This document shows, one piece after another, positions 20,791 to 24,000 of a stretch of DNA of 24,000 nt; the first letter of the stretch is position 1, and every line of letters begins with the position of its first letter. The notes beneath the pieces are model-generated. The model ran no database searches, was not told the DNA's origin, and worked only from the letters and a program-made list of their open reading frames with translations. The DNA is taken from contig LVAX01000072.1 in NCBI GenBank assembly GCA_001604215.1, positions 62,913-86,912 of the forward strand, read 5' to 3'. Origin of the DNA: Clostridiales bacterium Firm_18 (GTDB taxonomy: Bacteria > Bacillota > Clostridia > Monoglobales > Firm-18). The translations under genes were made by a program, and so were the position numbers.

Positions 20791-22143
20791 ATGTTGAACA
20801 AAACAGAGGAAGCAAAAATTAATAAGGAAGAGGCCGGCAGTACCCGGCCAAAAAAAGCACATGTTATAACTTACGGATGCAAGCAAAACGAAAATGATTC
20901 CGAAAAAATCCGGGGAATGCTTTCCGGGATGGGATATACAATTTGCACTATTGTTGATGAGGCCGATGTTGTTATTTTCAATACCTGCGCGGTACGGGAC
21001 AATGCCGAGCAAAGGGTATACGGCAATCTCGGTGCGCTGAGAGCCTTAAAGGATAAAAAGCCGGATGTTTTAATAGGCGTTTGCGGCTGTATGGCCCAGC
21101 AATCACATGTTGCCGAGCATATAAAAAAACGCTTTCCGTTTGTTGATTTTGTATTCGGAACACATGCCATTTCCCGATTCCCTCAGATATTACAAAACGC
21201 AAAAACAGAAAGAGTTTTTGATATTGACGATCGCGACAGTGAAATAACAGAGGGTATTCCTCACGACAGACCATCAATAGTTACTTCCACGGTATCGATA
21301 ATGTACGGATGTAATAATTTTTGTTCTTATTGTATAGTCCCCTATGTCAGAGGCAGGGAAAAAAGCAGGCAGCCGGAGGATATACTGCGCGAAGTGGAAA
21401 GCCTGGCCGCGCAGGGCTGCAAGGAAGTCACCCTTTTGGGGCAAAATGTTAATTCCTATTCCGCCCTTGATTTTGCAGACCTTCTGAATATGGTAAGCAA
21501 GATAGAAGGTATCCGGCGTATAAGGTTTATATCCTCACACCCCAAGGATTTGACGGACAAGCTTATAGATACCATGGCAACAAATCCGAAGGTGTGCAAG
21601 CAGCTTCATTTGCCGTTTCAGGCGGGAAGCAGCAAAGTTTTAAAGGATATGAACAGGGGCTATTCAAAAGAAGAATACTTAAGCTTAATAAAAAAGGTTA
21701 AAGAAAAAATTCCCTATATTGCCCTTACAAGCGATGTAATAGTAGGATTTCCTACGGAAACGCAGCAGGATTTTGAGGAAACGATAGAGGTTGTGTGCCG
21801 TGTGGAGTTTGACATGCTTTTTACATTTATATACTCCAAGAGGAAAGGAACCCCTGCGGAGCATATGGCTCCTGTTTTAGCGCCTGATGACGTTAAAAGA
21901 AATTTCGAGCGTTTGGTTGCGGTGCAAAACGAAATATCAGGCAGAAAAAACAAAGCGCTCGAGGGCAGCATTCAGGAAGTGCTGGTTGAGGGCACAAGCA
22001 AAAATAATGCAAATATGCTTACCGGACGCACCGACGGCGGAAAAATCGTTAATTTCCAAGGCGGCATAGAGCTTGTAGGTAAAATGGTAAATGTAAAGAT
22101 TACAAAATCCGCCACATGGTCGCTGATTGGAAGCGTTTTATAA
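20791..22143 (+). CDS. miaB: tRNA-2-methylthio-N6-dimethylallyladenosine synthase
   Basis: 'HVITYGCKQNENDSEKIRGMLSGMGY', radical SAM 'MYGCNNFCSYCIVPYVRGREKSR', 'EVTLLGQNVNSY', TRAM domain end. ATG 20791 has GAGGG upstream; the 20734 start in the track overlaps the -10. Confidence 0.96.
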   Translation: MLNKTEEAKINKEEAGSTRPKKAHVITYGCKQNENDSEKIRGMLSGMGYTICTIVDEADVVIFNTCAVRDNAEQRVYGNLGALRALKDKKPDVLIGVCGCMAQQSHVAEHIKKRFPFVDFVFGTHAISRFPQILQNAKTERVFDIDDRDSEITEGIPHDRPSIVTSTVSIMYGCNNFCSYCIVPYVRGREKSRQPEDILREVESLAAQGCKEVTLLGQNVNSYSALDFADLLNMVSKIEGIRRIRFISSHPKDLTDKLIDTMATNPKVCKQLHLPFQAGSSKVLKDMNRGYSKEEYLSLIKKVKEKIPYIALTSDVIVGFPTETQQDFEETIEVVCRVEFDMLFTFIYSKRKGTPAEHMAPVLAPDDVKRNFERLVAVQNEISGRKNKALEGSIQEVLVEGTSKNNANMLTGRTDGGKIVNFQGGIELVGKMVNVKITKSATWSLIGSVL

Positions 22144-22181
22144 TAATGTTTTAAAAATAAAAAAAAGGAAAAGGTGTATTT

Positions 22182-22565
22182 ATGACTGTTGTTGAAAAAG
22201 CAAAGGAACTTGGTTTAATGTTGGCTCAAAGCAAAGAGTTTATTCGTATGAGAACTGCGGAGCAGGCACAGATTGCGGACCCGGAATCACAGCGCCTGCT
22301 GCAGGAATACAACGAAGCAAGGCGTGACCTTGTACAAAGAGCAAGCAGCGAAAATGTAACTCCTGAAGAATTGCAGCAGATAAGGGATGAAATGGAGAGC
22401 GAGCAGGAAAAGCTTAAAACCAATTCCGCCATTGCCGAGTATTTGAAAGCCGTATCGGATTTTAACAATCTGATGCAGGATGTTAATTCGGCCATTGCTT
22501 TTTATATTTCACCGGAAGGTTCTTGCGGCGGCGATTGCGGAGGCTGCGAGTGCGGCTGCCATTAA
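22182..22565 (+). CDS. YlbF/YmcA-family protein with Cys-rich C-terminal tail
   Basis: 127 aa MTVVEKAKELGLMLAQSKEFIRMRTAEQAQIADPESQRLLQEYNEARRDLV...SPEGSCGGDCGGCECGCH; position immediately downstream of miaB. Confidence 0.85.
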   Translation: MTVVEKAKELGLMLAQSKEFIRMRTAEQAQIADPESQRLLQEYNEARRDLVQRASSENVTPEELQQIRDEMESEQEKLKTNSAIAEYLKAVSDFNNLMQDVNSAIAFYISPEGSCGGDCGGCECGCH

Positions 22566-22584
22566 AAAGGAGGACAAAAGCAGC

Positions 22585-24000
22585 GTGAATGGTCTTTCAC
22601 CTATGATGAGGCAGTATCTCGATATTAAGCAGCAGTATAAAGATACTATACTGTTTTTCAGGCTCGGTGATTTTTATGAAATGTTCTTTGAGGATGCGCT
22701 GACCGCGTCGAAGGAACTGGAGCTTACGCTGACAGGTCGTGATTGCGGCTTGGAGGAGCGTGCTCCGATGTGCGGTGTCCCGTACCACAGCGCTGAGCAA
22801 TATATCGATAAGCTGATTGAAAAAGGGTATAAAGTAGCCATTTGCGAGCAGGTTGAGGACCCGGCACTGGCAAAGGGCATAGTAAAACGTGATGTGCAAA
22901 GGGTTATAACCGCAGGTACTGTTACAAGCTCGGGTATTCTCGACGATAAAAAGAACAATTACCTGTGTTGTATATATTCGGGTAATCCTGCCGGTGTTGC
23001 TTTTGCGGATGTTACTACGGGAGACCTTTATGCAACCGAAATTGATTGCCGACAGGACAAAATTCTAAGTGAAATTTCGCGTTACGCTCCTGCCGAAATA
23101 ATATCGGACAGTGCGCTATGCAATAACTCCCGACTTATAAGCCTTATAAAAGAACGTTTTGGATGTGCGGTGTCCTGCACGGAGGACGGGTATTTTTCAT
23201 TAGACTTTGCCGAGGAAAAAATTAAGTCCCACTTTGAAAAAAGCATAAGCGAGCTGCCTCTTGCGGGACATCCTTCCGCTTGCGCAGCGGTTGGTGCCCT
23301 TTTGGAATATATTTATCAAACTCAAATGTGCCGCCTTTCAAATATTTTTGAAATTAATTATTATAACGGCGGGCAATTTTTAGATATTGATTTTTCCTCA
23401 AAGCGCAACTTGGAAATTTTATCAACAATCCGTGACAACAAGCGCAAAGGTTCCCTGATTTGGATAGTTGACGAAACAAGAACCTCAATGGGTGCAAGGA
23501 TGTTAAAAAGCTGGCTTGAAAAGCCGCTTGTCAGCTGCATACAAATACAAAAACGCCTGAGCGCGGTTGACGAGCTTGTCGGCAACACAATGCTGCGCGA
23601 GGAGCTTCGGGGCGAGCTGTCGTCAATCCAGGATATTGAACGCCTGCTTGGCAAGGTCATATCGGGCAGTGCAAACTGCCGTGATTTGCTTGCCCTTGGC
23701 AAGTCCCTTATACCCATTCCCGCAATATTAAACAATCTTCTGAACGTAAAATGCGAGCTTCTGCGCGAAATTACTGGGAAAATCGATCCACTTGAAGATA
23801 TATGCTCCGTACTAAACCGGGCCATTGTTGACAACCCGCCCTTTACCGTGCGCGAAGGGGGCATAATACGCGAAGGATATGACGAACAGGTGGATTTGCT
23901 TAGGAAAGCAATGAATGAAGGAAAGCAATGGATTGCAGAGCTTGAAGCACGGGAAAGGGAAAAGACCGGAATAAAGAATTTAAAAATAGGATACAATAAG
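22585..24000 (+). CDS. mutS: DNA mismatch repair protein MutS (N-terminal 472 codons; truncated by window end)
   Basis: Own translation from GTG 22585 (SD AAGGAGG): MNGLSPMMRQYLDIKQQYKDTILFFRLGDFYEMFFEDALTASKELELTLTGRDCGLEERAPMCGVPYHSAEQYIDKLIEKGYKVAICEQ... Absent from the track because it has no stop in the window. Confidence 0.97.
   Translation, partial: MNGLSPMMRQYLDIKQQYKDTILFFRLGDFYEMFFEDALTASKELELTLTGRDCGLEERAPMCGVPYHSAEQYIDKLIEKGYKVAICEQVEDPALAKGIVKRDVQRVITAGTVTSSGILDDKKNNYLCCIYSGNPAGVAFADVTTGDLYATEIDCRQDKILSEISRYAPAEIISDSALCNNSRLISLIKERFGCAVSCTEDGYFSLDFAEEKIKSHFEKSISELPLAGHPSACAAVGALLEYIYQTQMCRLSNIFEINYYNGGQFLDIDFSSKRNLEILSTIRDNKRKGSLIWIVDETRTSMGARMLKSWLEKPLVSCIQIQKRLSAVDELVGNTMLREELRGELSSIQDIERLLGKVISGSANCRDLLALGKSLIPIPAILNNLLNVKCELLREITGKIDPLEDICSVLNRAIVDNPPFTVREGGIIREGYDEQVDLLRKAMNEGKQWIAELEAREREKTGIKNLKIGYNK

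Noticed and set aside
23361-23996. 211-aa minus ORF opposite mutS
   Set aside because: Antisense shadow of the truncated mutS coding frame.

Overview
This 24 kb window is mostly housekeeping sequence from what looks like a Clostridia/Firmicutes chromosome, judging by gene content, AT-rich promoters and SD-led starts. On the minus strand, one very large 2-hydroxyacyl-CoA dehydratase activase-type ORF runs off the left edge. On the plus strand come guaB, a dus gene, a secreted YcdB/PepSY-like plus SLH protein, and a nicotinate phosphoribosyltransferase gene. A minus-strand pair follows: a tandem class II aldolase protein and uvsE. Then come a small plus-strand BECR/PBECR-like nuclease ORF, an unassigned structured small RNA with its own promoter and terminator, uvrB-uvrA, proS (short type), birA (no HTH), lgt, a minus-strand tRNA-Gly(GCC), miaB, a Cys-tailed YlbF-family gene, and mutS running off the right edge. 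The most interesting part is 11.81-12.60 kb. A 24-bp tandem repeat carrying palindromic TTGCGCAA sits between the divergent uvsE and PBECR-like genes. The PBECR-like ORF is followed 4 nt later by a consensus promoter driving a compact, multi-stem, terminated RNA. Whether the ORF and RNA form a functional unit is speculation. Secondary points are the degenerate second aldolase domain, the Cys-rich tail on the YlbF-family protein next to miaB, and a palindromic intergenic element beside tRNA-Gly. No CRISPR array, transposase or prophage was seen.
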